Virus record (IMG/VR): IMGVR_UViG_3300029913_000003
Coordinates: 128,001 to 192,000 of that record
Length of the DNA: 64,000 nt
Source: a virus
Strand: one strand, 5' to 3'
Shown in pieces: positions 28,141 to 38,230 of this stretch; within the stretch, counting starts at the first letter, position 1; each line of letters begins with the position of its first letter. The position numbers and the translations under genes were made by a program. The notes beneath the pieces are model-generated. The model saw only the letters and a list, made by a program, of their open reading frames with translations. It ran no database searches and was not told where the DNA came from.

Positions 28141-28659
28141 TTAGTTATTTTTGATGTTATTAATTTCATTATTTTTTCTTTCTTGTTCGATTAAATCAGT
28201 TTGAACGATATTAGCATAAATCATTTTGAATGAATTTTTAACTTTATTATCAATTTCTTTTTCTTTTTCATTTTCAATTTCTTCTTTTTTAATATCAAAT
28301 ATTTCAAGAAGATATAAATATTTTTTATCTGAAATAATAATTGGTGGATATGCAGTTTCTTTATGGTAAACAAGAACTTGCATATTTCTAATAATAATAT
28401 ATGTTCCAGTTATTTTATTGTCTATAATTCTTTTAAGTGTTTTTGAAGTCATTGATAATACTGAATCATTATCTCTAATAAGTCGTCTACATAGACTTAC
28501 TACTTCATTTTCACTATTATTTACTTTATTAATCTTATTATCACTAATTGTAAAAAACCTAATAAGTTTAATTGCAAATTTTTGTGTGTCACGACGAAAT
28601 TTTTGTTTCTTGACTTTAAAATAAGATTTCTTAATTTCAATTCTTTCTGTTAATTTCAT
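28141..28659 (-). CDS. hypothetical protein
   Basis: 172-aa ORF with a 3-nt gap to the neighbour. Confidence 0.45.
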   Translation of the reverse strand: MKLTERIEIKKSYFKVKKQKFRRDTQKFAIKLIRFFTISDNKINKVNNSENEVVSLCRRLIRDNDSVLSMTSKTLKRIIDNKITGTYIIIRNMQVLVYHKETAYPPIIISDKKYLYLLEIFDIKKEEIENEKEKEIDNKVKNSFKMIYANIVQTDLIEQERKNNEINNIKNN

Positions 28660-28891
28660 ATTAATGTTTTTTTAATGAATAATTTTTACACTACAAAGAT
28701 ATATATAATAACTGATATAAAAAAGTTAATAATAATTAATCAACTATATTTAGTTTTTTATGATTACAAAAGTAGATATTTTTATTTTAATAAAAAAATT
28801 ATTTAATATTTTTTATAAATTATAAACAGTTATAGCATAATATATCAAAACAAATCATAACAATAATAATATATAATTACAAATATAATGA

Positions 28892-29197
28892 TTGAATATG
28901 ATTGATTTTAAATATAGAGAATATTATGATGAAAAATGCATAAAATTAATTGAATCTATAGGCTATAAAAATAAAACAAATAATTTCATGCTATTTGAAC
29001 AAGATGGCTATATTAATATAAATTTTTATATAATAAATGATTGGGATAAAATAATTTCATTTAATAGGTACTACCAAATAACAAATGAAATTAAAGTCTA
29101 TACAAAAGAATTTTTTAATTTTGAAGATTTTAAAAAATTTATAATTGAATATCATATAAAAATATTTAGAAAATTAAAATTAAAAAATTTGATATGA
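28892..29197 (+). CDS. hypothetical protein
   Basis: 101-aa ORF. Confidence 0.4.
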   Translation: MNMIDFKYREYYDEKCIKLIESIGYKNKTNNFMLFEQDGYININFYIINDWDKIISFNRYYQITNEIKVYTKEFFNFEDFKKFIIEYHIKIFRKLKLKNLI

Positions 29198-29341
29198 ATG
29201 ATCATTTAGAAAAAGATTATATAGATGATGATTTTAAAAATAAATATAATAGAGAAATAATAAAATCAAAAATATTAAATAATATATTTAAACAAGAAAT
29301 TAATCAAGATATAATTTAAAAAATATTTAATATATACAGAT

Positions 29342-29707
29342 ATGAAGCACTTAAAATTTTTTGAATTAGATCAATACACAGAGAAAGAAATTAAGCAGTA
29401 TAAAATGTCATATTCTCAAGCAGGTAAAGCTTGGAAATCTTTATGGTATGATTGTTATTCTTGGAAATCTTTATGGTATGAACATAATTTTTTTCATCCA
29501 GCTCAAAAATTTTTTAAAATAAAAATATCATTGAATTATGATAAAGATGAAGATCTTGGATATTTTGAAATTTTAAAATATAGTAAAGAAAATAAATCAT
29601 ATACTAATCTTGGAGGTAAATTTTTTAGAGGTACACCTGAAGATAGAATGAATTTTATAAAATGGTTAGATGAACTTAATTTAATAAATAAAAATAGAGA
29701 TATTTAA
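29342..29707 (+). CDS. hypothetical protein containing a 21-bp direct repeat (WKSLWY x2)
   Basis: The repeat ttggaaatctttatggtatga occurs at 29431 and again at 29461. Confidence 0.4.
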   Translation: MKHLKFFELDQYTEKEIKQYKMSYSQAGKAWKSLWYDCYSWKSLWYEHNFFHPAQKFFKIKISLNYDKDEDLGYFEILKYSKENKSYTNLGGKFFRGTPEDRMNFIKWLDELNLINKNRDI

Positions 29708-29719
29708 ATCTCTCTATTT
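29692..29719. terminator. hairpin between convergent genes
   Basis: aaatagaga-(loop)-tctctattt. Confidence 0.4.
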
Positions 29720-29728
29720 TTAATATTC

Positions 29729-30244
29729 TTAACTAAAACAAACAAGTCCATTATCTGATGCTACTCTAAATGCTTCTTTAAATTTAGAATAAATATCATA
29801 AAAATAATCTCCTTGACTAATTGCTACTTTATCAAATTCAACAAAATCTTCATATAGTTTTTTTGATATTTCAGGTCCTATAACGCCTTCACAATCACTG
29901 AATATTATAATTTCATAAAAAGATTTAGCTACATATTTTTCTCCTGAATTAATTTCATCTAATTTAATTTTTCTAATATTTGTATCAAAATCATTAAATA
30001 CATCTTGCATACTAATATATCCTAGCATTTCTAATAAATTCTTTCTCCAAACACCATAACCTGAACATGATCCAACATGAAAAGAGTCACTTTCAGATTC
30101 ATCTGTTTCATGATAACATTGACCATTTTTTAATGAACCTAATTGATATATGAAATATTTATGATTTTCAATATAATTATCGTCATCATCGTCATTACTT
30201 TCTGATATTTTAATTTTACTATAATATGATATATCTAAACCCAT
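29729..30244 (-). CDS. hypothetical acidic protein
   Basis: 171-aa ORF containing a DDDDD run. Confidence 0.45.
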   Translation of the reverse strand: MGLDISYYSKIKISESNDDDDDNYIENHKYFIYQLGSLKNGQCYHETDESESDSFHVGSCSGYGVWRKNLLEMLGYISMQDVFNDFDTNIRKIKLDEINSGEKYVAKSFYEIIIFSDCEGVIGPEISKKLYEDFVEFDKVAISQGDYFYDIYSKFKEAFRVASDNGLVCFS

Positions 30245-30249
30245 TTTTA

Positions 30250-30477
30250 TTATTTTTTAATATTTTTTAATTTTTCTTTTCTAACTAATTTAATTGGTAA
30301 ACAATTATTATATTTCAACATATCAGCTTCTTTTTTTCTTATTATTTCATCTTTTTCATACTTCAAAATAAGTTTTTTGTATTTATATAATACTTCACGT
30401 GATGGAGAATCGTTTCTCCAATCAATTGTATTACCATTATGAAATGAGGTAACTAAAATATAGTAATTTGTAGTATT
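30250..30477 (-). pseudogene. orphaned 3' fragment of a 32514..32960-family gene, cut off by the TnpB-like insertion
   Basis: Hand translation gives TSFHNGNTIDWRNDSPSREVLYKYKKLILKYEKDEIIRKKEADMLKYNNCLPIKLVRKEKLKNIKK*. This aligns to the C-terminus of the 148-aa protein, ...KFSNGRIMKW...EVYYKYKKLILNHEK...CLPIKLLRKQKLKNIKK*. There is no start codon. Confidence 0.6.
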
Positions 30478-32256
30478 TTATTAGATTTGTTGGGTAACAA
30501 TTCTAACTTTACTTTTACAATTTCCTAAGTGATAGTCTATTAACACATCATCTTTTAATAACATGTTCCGATACTTCAGTTGGTTGGTCTTTCTATATAA
30601 TTGAATCCAATTATCCTGTGTTGTGTTGATATTCTCACCAAGTAGATAAAACAATTTCTCTTGATTTATTAAATTCATACACGGGTATATAGAACTACCT
30701 TTTTTAAATTTATTCATCCCTCTACTGCCAATTTCAATGCTAGATGAAATTGGGTCAAAGAAGGTATGTATCATATTTCCGATAAAACTACTATAAGCAG
30801 CGTTTACCTCTATTTTATTTAAGCCATTTTCATTACAATATTTAGTAATCAAGTTGGTCGTTAAAGTTCGATGCCATAGATTTTTAGTTTGTTTATTTAA
30901 CTCTTTACCTACTGTATCTTTTGATTGTTTATCTTTAAAATCAAGATCTTCCATCACAAAATTATACACTCTGAAGTGCTTACACATCATGAATATTTGT
31001 TTCCAGACTTCTTTTATTTCATGTTTTCTTTTATCATTTTGTTTAACTTGTTTCTTGTCTGAAGAGCTTAAACTTAATTTCGTACTTAACTCAGATAAAA
31101 TAAAGCACTGAACATGAATTAATTTCTGCTCATCATTAATGTCATCAAATATACTTAAACCGATAAACTTTGGATTTAAATCAACCGCCATGTAACGATT
31201 TGATAGCTTACCTACTTTTTTTCTATCATTTTGTTCATTCTTATGCTTTATATAAATTTCCTTTTTACTTTCTTTGCTTAACGCAAGTAACTGTTCTTTC
31301 TTGCAGTCCAATTGATTGAATTCATAACCATTTAATAACTCTTCGTCATAAGATAAATGAATATATTCGTTTGATAATCTTATGGTCACTGGCATTAAAT
31401 TCAGGTTAGACATTTCTTGAATTTTAATTAATTTATTTTTTTGTTTTTTGCCGTTAGTTTTAAAAGTGATATCAATTTTAAAATCTCTTGATGGTTTGAA
31501 AGTGATTTTATTATTAATTAGATCGAAATCAATTTTTCTGTTACCTTTTTCACAGGCACGTCCGATTAAATAAATTCCTAATTTACGTTTTGATGTGAAC
31601 TCTAATTTCTTGAGCCCTAACCTTTCTATTAATTCTTTCTTATATTCAAGAAATTTCTTGTAATCTGTTGATTTAATATCAATCTTTGTTAGCTGTAGCT
31701 CAGTTTTATAAATATTTAAATGTAATTTCGTGATTTCACGTTGTAGTGCTTTACCACCAAATGTAATATTATTGTTTATATTTCGTTTAATTCTTGCTAG
31801 ATTATTTATTAAATTATATTTTTTACGTTTTTCCTTTTTTGTTTTGAATTCGTTATTATCAAGACATTTCTGAATATCAATTATCTTTTTTGATTTCTTT
31901 TCTTTGGTTGCTTCGTGCTGTTTAAGTTTTGTTTTCACATCAGAAATACAACAATCAAACATGGATTTGTCTAACACAGAATTATTTAATAGTGATTTTA
32001 TATAATCATCATCAATTAAATCAAAATGATTATAAAGAGTATAAAACAAACCAGTGTAGTCAGAACAATATTGATCTATTATCTCTGCTTGTAAGCACTC
32101 TTTTATTTTTAATTTAATAGTTAACATTTATTTAAATCGTTTATTTGGTAGAATCAAAATTTAATAGTATATTTGTACTATATAATAAAATTATTATATC
32201 AGTTTTTATCATAAAAGTTTATATATTATATTAAAACTGATAGCTATTAACTATGA
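30478..32256 (-). mobile_element. inserted element of about 1.8 kb carrying the TnpB-like gene, splitting a small paralog into 32251..32514 and 30250..30477
   Basis: Flanking ORF fragments align end to end with the intact neighbour 32514..32960. Boundaries are inferred from where that homology stops. Confidence 0.5.
30481..32127 (-). CDS. TnpB/Fanzor-like (OrfB_IS605 superfamily) RuvC-fold protein, possibly degenerate
   Basis: N-terminus MLTIKLKIKECLQ...LFYTLYN, RuvC-I-like RYMAVDLNPKFIGLSIFDD, RuvC-II-like FVMEDLDFKDKQ, and a VxPxYTS-like segment KIEVNAAYSSFIG. No CxxC zinc finger and no canonical RuvC-III were seen. Confidence 0.4.
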   Translation of the reverse strand: MLTIKLKIKECLQAEIIDQYCSDYTGLFYTLYNHFDLIDDDYIKSLLNNSVLDKSMFDCCISDVKTKLKQHEATKEKKSKKIIDIQKCLDNNEFKTKKEKRKKYNLINNLARIKRNINNNITFGGKALQREITKLHLNIYKTELQLTKIDIKSTDYKKFLEYKKELIERLGLKKLEFTSKRKLGIYLIGRACEKGNRKIDFDLINNKITFKPSRDFKIDITFKTNGKKQKNKLIKIQEMSNLNLMPVTIRLSNEYIHLSYDEELLNGYEFNQLDCKKEQLLALSKESKKEIYIKHKNEQNDRKKVGKLSNRYMAVDLNPKFIGLSIFDDINDEQKLIHVQCFILSELSTKLSLSSSDKKQVKQNDKRKHEIKEVWKQIFMMCKHFRVYNFVMEDLDFKDKQSKDTVGKELNKQTKNLWHRTLTTNLITKYCNENGLNKIEVNAAYSSFIGNMIHTFFDPISSSIEIGSRGMNKFKKGSSIYPCMNLINQEKLFYLLGENINTTQDNWIQLYRKTNQLKYRNMLLKDDVLIDYHLGNCKSKVRIVTQQI

Positions 32257-32514
32257 CATTTCACCTTTGCTCATCCATATATACCATCTATTATAATCTT
32301 TAACAGTAAAATGAATATTATCATCACAAATCAAAAATTTTAATATTGAATTATCATAAAATAATATTGTAGCATAATAATTATCTACATTAATAGATGA
32401 AATTTTAACATTTTCTAAATATACAAGTAAAATATCTAACAAAGGATAATAATCATATTTTATATGATTATGCCATAAAAACCCGTAATATATTTTTTTT
32501 AATAACTTATTCAT
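32251..32514 (-). pseudogene. N-terminal fragment of the gene disrupted by the insertion
   Basis: LDILLVYLENVKISSINVD...NRWYIWMSKGEMS aligns to LDILVVYLENVKIINIEII...SRWNAWMAYGTM of 32514..32960 and then stops. Confidence 0.5.
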
Positions 32515-32960
32515 TATTTTTTAATATTTTTTAATTTTTGTTTTCTAAGTAATTTAATAGGTAAGCAATCAGAAAAATCTTCAATTTCTACATTATCTAT
32601 TTTATGATTTTTAGATTTTTCATGATTTAGAATTAATTTTTTATATTTATAATAAACTTCACAAGATGGTTGTTTTTTATTCCATTTCATTATTCTTCCA
32701 TTACTAAATTTCATTGTTCCATAAGCCATCCAAGCATTCCATCTAGAATTCCAAAAAGTTAATACTGAATTATCAGAGAAAGTTATTACACAATTACCTA
32801 TTATAATTTCAATATTAATAATTTTAACATTTTCTAAATATACAACTAAAATATCTAATGCATGATAGGTATCATACAATTTCATAGGAGTATATAAAAA
32901 GTAATAAAAATTCTTAAATATTTTTAAAATATTTTTTATTATTTTATTTAACATATTCAT
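32514..32960 (-). CDS. intact member of the small family disrupted at 30250..32514
   Basis: 148-aa ORF. Its N and C halves match the two fragments flanking the TnpB-like element. Confidence 0.5.
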   Translation of the reverse strand: MNMLNKIIKNILKIFKNFYYFLYTPMKLYDTYHALDILVVYLENVKIINIEIIIGNCVITFSDNSVLTFWNSRWNAWMAYGTMKFSNGRIMKWNKKQPSCEVYYKYKKLILNHEKSKNHKIDNVEIEDFSDCLPIKLLRKQKLKNIKK

Positions 32961-32966
32961 ATATAA

Positions 32967-33248
32967 TTATTTAAGAAATAACCAGACAAACAGATAAAAA
33001 ACTCCAATAATAACAACCCACCTAAGAATAATTGAAAATAATGCTGAAAGAGGATCAGCAAACCAATAAAGTATTTTAATTACGCCATAAACAATCAATG
33101 GTAGAAATAACTTTAAAGGATTATAATCACTACCTTTTCCTATCCAAGATAGAATACCAATAGCATTAATATTAAAATACCATAAAAACACAAACAAAAT
33201 TTGAACGACAATTAATGTCATGTAAAAATACCTAGTTATCTCTTTCAT
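32967..33248 (-). CDS. small polytopic membrane protein
   Basis: Three or four hydrophobic helices. Confidence 0.5.
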   Translation of the reverse strand: MKEITRYFYMTLIVVQILFVFLWYFNINAIGILSWIGKGSDYNPLKLFLPLIVYGVIKILYWFADPLSALFSIILRWVVIIGVFYLFVWLFLK

Positions 33249-33260
33249 GATTTTATAATT

Positions 33261-33692
33261 TTAAATTGTATCACAACATATTAAATTTTCAAATAGTACA
33301 TCATCAAAAAAAGAATCATCAGTTTTTATATGACAAATACCAGAATTATTAATCAATTCTCTTGTATTATTTATTTGTTTTTCTACTTTTTCTTTTAAAT
33401 TACATATTTTATTAGCATCTTCAATAATTTCATTTAATTGCATAATAAATTCTTCAATAACCAAATTAAATTGACACAAATCAAAACATTTATCTATAGA
33501 TAAATTAATCCAACAGTTTGAAATTGAAACACCATCTTCTATTTGAATATAAAGAGTAGTCTTTCTTAATGCTATTTCAAATAATCCGCATTCATAACTA
33601 AATTTAAGTTTTCTTAAAGTTAACTCATGACTAATTAAATTAATTTCAGTTATCATTTTTAATTTTAATGCTCTTTCTTCTTTATTTTTCAT
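33261..33692 (-). CDS. hypothetical protein
   Basis: 143-aa ORF. Confidence 0.45.
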   Translation of the reverse strand: MKNKEERALKLKMITEINLISHELTLRKLKFSYECGLFEIALRKTTLYIQIEDGVSISNCWINLSIDKCFDLCQFNLVIEEFIMQLNEIIEDANKICNLKEKVEKQINNTRELINNSGICHIKTDDSFFDDVLFENLICCDTI

Positions 33693-33790
33693 AAGTTATT
33701 GAATATTCAAGTTTTTAATTAATACAAAGATAATAATAATTTTTGTATAACAAAAATTCATCACTAAATAATGATGAATTTTATGCTTTT

Positions 33791-34981
33791 TTATTTAAAG
33801 AAGAAGAAATCACAACGTCTATTAATTCTATACATCATTTTTGGAGTATCAATTTTACCTAATCCATTTATGATAATATGATCCTCTGAAATTTTATATG
33901 TATTTACTAATTCATTTTTAACCATATTAACTCTATTCATGCTTAATTTATCATTATAAGGTACATTACCAATATAATCACAATATCCTCTTATTTCAAC
34001 ATTATAATCTGGATATTTTCTCATTATAAACGCAACATGTTTAATAATATTTAATGCAGTATTATCTAAATTATATTTATCGAAATCAAAATAAATACTT
34101 GGAATTTTATTAACAAATTCATCATTTATACCATTATTATTTGCATATGTAGTACTATCATTACAAGTTTTACACCCATTATAAATAGTATTTGTATTTG
34201 TATTATAATTATTAGTTATATTAACTGTTGTACCACAACAAGGTTTATCATAATCTGAATACTTTTCTAATTTTTTATTAATTTCTATAGATTTAGATTC
34301 TTTTGATTTAAATTTATAACGAGCATAGAGTGTAAATACATCAATATTATCATTAGAATTGCTATCATATCCACCACTACTATAATGTTTTACTCCTTCA
34401 GGTGTACTAAAAGCTAAAACTATACCTTCTAAATTATCTTTATTATTAGTTCTATAATGTATTTTTCCTCCTATACTTATATTATTATATAAACTATATT
34501 CAGCATAAAATGTAATAGGAATAGTGAATGCATTACCATAATCAGGAATTGCTTTAGATGTAACATCAGGCTTTATGATATTTTGATTAAATGTATAATT
34601 TGCATAACCAATTCCAATTGATCCATTAAAAGAAAATTTAGAATTTGACATTGGAAAAATCATTTTTGTAAAATTAATAGTGGCATTAAAATCACCTGTA
34701 TTATAATTAGTTTCAAATGATGCATAATGATTTTCACCTTTTAACGGTAAATGATAATAATTAACTGATAATCCCCAAATTGGAGTGAGAGTATACTCAA
34801 TAAGACCTCCAACTGTTATTTGTCTTACTGATCCAGGAAAAATACTTGTGATATCTTGAGTTACATCACCATCGAAATAATTTACTCCAATTTCACCTAC
34901 AATTGAAAATTTATGATTATCATTTTCTGAAAATATAGAAAAAGAAATCATCAAAAAAATAAATAATAATAGTTTTTTCAT
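33791..34981 (-). CDS. OmpA-family outer-membrane protein with a signal peptide, a beta-barrel-like N-domain and an OmpA-like C-domain
   Basis: Signal MKKLLLFIFLMISFSIFS. Alternating beta-strand-like N-terminal domain. C-terminal VEIRGYCDYIGNVPYNDKLSMNRVNMVKNELV...INGLGK matches the OmpA/MotB peptidoglycan-binding signature. Confidence 0.5.
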   Translation of the reverse strand: MKKLLLFIFLMISFSIFSENDNHKFSIVGEIGVNYFDGDVTQDITSIFPGSVRQITVGGLIEYTLTPIWGLSVNYYHLPLKGENHYASFETNYNTGDFNATINFTKMIFPMSNSKFSFNGSIGIGYANYTFNQNIIKPDVTSKAIPDYGNAFTIPITFYAEYSLYNNISIGGKIHYRTNNKDNLEGIVLAFSTPEGVKHYSSGGYDSNSNDNIDVFTLYARYKFKSKESKSIEINKKLEKYSDYDKPCCGTTVNITNNYNTNTNTIYNGCKTCNDSTTYANNNGINDEFVNKIPSIYFDFDKYNLDNTALNIIKHVAFIMRKYPDYNVEIRGYCDYIGNVPYNDKLSMNRVNMVKNELVNTYKISEDHIIINGLGKIDTPKMMYRINRRCDFFFFK

Positions 34982-35724
34982 AATAATTCTTTTAAATGTT
35001 TTAGTTTTTTATGTTTAAGATATAATACATATATAAATATAAGAGAAAATAACTCTAATATAGGTATATCACCAACTGGAACAGAAGATGGAGGACATGG
35101 TTCAGATACCCATTCATCATAAGGAGGAATCCATACTTCATGCCAACCACATTTATCATATTCCCATTCGTAATATCCATCATGATGTACCCAATGTCCA
35201 CAACCAGTTGGCGGAGTAGTACATTTTTGTGATGAACTACCACTATTTGATAAACTACTATTTGATGAACTACTATTTGACAAATCAGTAGTAGTAGCTA
35301 TTGCTGTTAAATTATTATCTAATTTAGAACTTGATGCTTTTTTAGAATTATATAAATCAAATGATGGAATTAATATATCTGAATGATCATTCATATTATT
35401 ATGAGAATATAATACATCATTATAATCAGAAGAACTCAATGATGACGGATTATCATTATTTACTGATATAACCTTATATGATTCATCAGATGGTATACTG
35501 ATGTTAGGTTCATCACTTTCATCAGAAATATTATTATCTGTACTACTTGATAAAATATTAAGTTTTTTATCACTATACGAAGATGATTTATCAATTTCAC
35601 TAAAATTGTAATCTGATGTAGAAATGTTAGAATATAATTTAGTATATGGTTTAACATTTATATAGATTAAAAATATAATAACTGAAATCGAAATTACTAA
35701 AAATAATATTTCTTTATTTTTCAT
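34978..35724 (-). CDS. secreted or membrane Ser-rich protein with a Cys/Trp-rich C-domain and a C-terminal anchor
   Basis: N-terminal TM or signal segment, a low-complexity Ser/Asn/Asp region, CTTPPTGCGHWVHHDGYYEWEYDKCGWHEVW, and a hydrophobic C-terminus. There is a 4-nt ATGA overlap with the OmpA-like gene. Confidence 0.45.
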   Translation of the reverse strand: MKNKEILFLVISISVIIFLIYINVKPYTKLYSNISTSDYNFSEIDKSSSYSDKKLNILSSSTDNNISDESDEPNISIPSDESYKVISVNNDNPSSLSSSDYNDVLYSHNNMNDHSDILIPSFDLYNSKKASSSKLDNNLTAIATTTDLSNSSSSNSSLSNSGSSSQKCTTPPTGCGHWVHHDGYYEWEYDKCGWHEVWIPPYDEWVSEPCPPSSVPVGDIPILELFSLIFIYVLYLKHKKLKHLKELL

Positions 35725-35788
35725 ACTTATACAATTTTAATATTTATGTGCAAAGATAATATATTTATTGTTATTTACCAAATTTATT

Positions 35789-36727
35789 TTAAAATTTTAA
35801 TAATTTATCAAATTCAGCATATTTTTTATTCATTATCATAATATAATTATGTTCCTTTTTAGAATATTCTTCCTTTGCTTTGCATTGTTCTAAATGCACA
35901 TTATACCAATATGACGATTTTATTTCAATTATTAAATCATAATCAGGTAAATAAAAATCAGAATGATATATTCTTGTTTGACCTAAATAATTATATTTTA
36001 AAGATAATCCATTCTCTATTTTAATTATATCTTTGTATTTTAATACAAAATCATTTTCATAAGAACCTTGACAAAATAAATCATCAAAATAAGTTAACTT
36101 AAATCCATTATTTTTATGTTTATTAAAATAATCTTGATTTTGAGAAGGATAATCAAAACCATAATTTTTAAAATTTGTTTTTCTTATTTTATCTTTAACT
36201 GATTCACATTGAGTAGGATATTCTACTCCTAAATTTTTTAAATTCGTTTCTCTTATTTTATCTTTAATTTCTTCATTTTGAAAAACATTTTTACATCCAT
36301 ATCTTATTAAATTAGTATTATCTACTTTGATTTTAATTTCTTCATTTTGATGTGGATTTTCAACTCCATATCTTTCTAAATTTGTATTTTTCATTTTTTC
36401 TTTTATATCTTCTAATTGAAATACATTATCTACTCCATATTTTTCTTGTGTAGCCAACAATCTTTTTTGTTTCATGCACTTAACATCATTACAACATGTT
36501 GTCGATTTTCCATTTTTTGTTTTATTATTATAATTATTATAATTATTATAGTTAATTTTAAATATTTTACCACAATAATCACATTTAACATCTATAATAG
36601 CATGACTGCCTAATGTTAAGTTTTTTACTGGATAATTTATTATATCACCTATTTTGCATTTAGTATCACTATAAATTCTTAAATTATTTTTTGTTATTTT
36701 AATTTCAACATATTTTGATATTATCAT
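35789..36727 (-). CDS. homing-endonuclease-like protein with an N-terminal Cys cluster, tandem ~30-aa YGVxNPxQ repeats and a C-terminal PD-(D/E)xK-like motif
   Basis: Starts MIISK. Contains CDYCG and the repeats TNLERYGVENPHQNEEIK, TNLIRYGCKNVFQNEEIK and TNLKNLGVEYPTQCESVK. Ends with PDYDLIIEIK. It is paralogous in layout to 58266..59234. Confidence 0.4.
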   Translation of the reverse strand: MIISKYVEIKITKNNLRIYSDTKCKIGDIINYPVKNLTLGSHAIIDVKCDYCGKIFKINYNNYNNYNNKTKNGKSTTCCNDVKCMKQKRLLATQEKYGVDNVFQLEDIKEKMKNTNLERYGVENPHQNEEIKIKVDNTNLIRYGCKNVFQNEEIKDKIRETNLKNLGVEYPTQCESVKDKIRKTNFKNYGFDYPSQNQDYFNKHKNNGFKLTYFDDLFCQGSYENDFVLKYKDIIKIENGLSLKYNYLGQTRIYHSDFYLPDYDLIIEIKSSYWYNVHLEQCKAKEEYSKKEHNYIMIMNKKYAEFDKLLKF

Positions 36728-37010
36728 TCATTTTAATTATTTTTAGTCGGACTTTATTTTATTTATATATAAAAATAAAAAGGTCATAAATGGAAAAAAA
36801 AGTAAAAATATTAACAGTTAAACATTATTTTAATTTAAGCACAGAAATTAGTTATAAATTTGAAAAATATATTAAAGATAATGTTATAAGTAAACCTAAA
36901 TTACTAGAAAAATTAGTAATTAATTATCTTAAAGAGAATAATATTATAGAATAATTTAAATAAACTATTACTCAATTAAATTATATAAAAACATAAAAAC
37001 AATCAATTAA

Positions 37011-38228
37011 ATGAACAAATTTAAAGTTTTAGTTCTTGACTCAGACTGTGATGGTGTTGGATACGCAAGATTGCTTTCACCATATTCATGTTTTAATGAT
37101 CCTGATATTCAAGTAGATATAAGATTATTTATGGATAGTACATTACCATTATTTAATGAAAATTTTCTAAGTCAATATAAAATAATAGTATTTAATAAAC
37201 CAATTCCTTTTCCTGAACCAAAAGCTAAAGAAGTTTTTGATGCAATTATAAAAAAGCATAATATAAAAAAAGTTTTTGATCTAGATGATTATTGGATTTT
37301 ATCCAATGATCATCCGAATTACAGAATGTGGAAACAAAATAATTCTCAATCAATAATTGAGAATCAAATTCGTGAAGCAGATGCAATAACTACAACAACA
37401 GAATTATTAGCAGATAAAATTATAGAATTTAACACTAATATATTAATTGCTCCAAATTCAGTAAATTTAAAAGAACACCAATGGTGTTCAAATAAAAAAC
37501 CTTCAGATAAAATTAGATTTTTATGGGGTGGTGGAATAACTCACTTGGTAGATTTAAGATTATTAAAAACATCATTTGAAAAATTAGATAAATATTTTTT
37601 ACAAAAAGCTCAAATGGTAATGTGCGGATTCGATTTACGAATGGCTACTCCGAATGGTATAATTAAAGATAATATAAATAGAAGTCCTTGGACATTTTTT
37701 GAATCAATTTTTACAAATAATTTCAGATATATTTTAAACGGTAAATATAATGCTTGGCTTAGACAAGGTGATGATAAAGGTCGAGATAATTACGGAGTAA
37801 ATGAAGAATTTAAAGATGAATTTTATCAGAGAAGGTGGACAAAACCAATATTGCTTTTTGGTACTATGTATAATGAAGCAGATGTAGTATTAGCACCTTT
37901 AAAGTCTCACAATTCTTTTAATATGGTAAAGAGTCAATTAAAAGTAATTGAGGCTGGAGCGCATCATTGCCCGATTATATGTAGTAATTATGGACCTTAT
38001 ACTATAGATGATATTGAAGGTAAGATTGATGGTAAACAAAAAGGTTTTTTAGTTGATGAAGATACTGATAGTTCATTACGTTGGAAAGAAATTATGCAAT
38101 ATTATGTTGAAAATCCTGATAAAGTTAAAGAGCATGGTGAAAATTTATTTGAATATGTAAGAGATAATTATGAAATTGGTATTACAAATCAAAAAAGATC
38201 TGAATTATTTAAAAAATTAATAGAATAA
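37011..38228 (+). CDS. hypothetical protein, possibly a GT-B-like glycosyltransferase
   Basis: 405-aa ORF. The C-terminal segment KSQLKVIEAGAHHCPIICS weakly resembles a GT1 nucleotide-sugar-binding motif. Confidence 0.3.
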   Translation: MNKFKVLVLDSDCDGVGYARLLSPYSCFNDPDIQVDIRLFMDSTLPLFNENFLSQYKIIVFNKPIPFPEPKAKEVFDAIIKKHNIKKVFDLDDYWILSNDHPNYRMWKQNNSQSIIENQIREADAITTTTELLADKIIEFNTNILIAPNSVNLKEHQWCSNKKPSDKIRFLWGGGITHLVDLRLLKTSFEKLDKYFLQKAQMVMCGFDLRMATPNGIIKDNINRSPWTFFESIFTNNFRYILNGKYNAWLRQGDDKGRDNYGVNEEFKDEFYQRRWTKPILLFGTMYNEADVVLAPLKSHNSFNMVKSQLKVIEAGAHHCPIICSNYGPYTIDDIEGKIDGKQKGFLVDEDTDSSLRWKEIMQYYVENPDKVKEHGENLFEYVRDNYEIGITNQKRSELFKKLIE

Positions 38229-38230
38229 TT

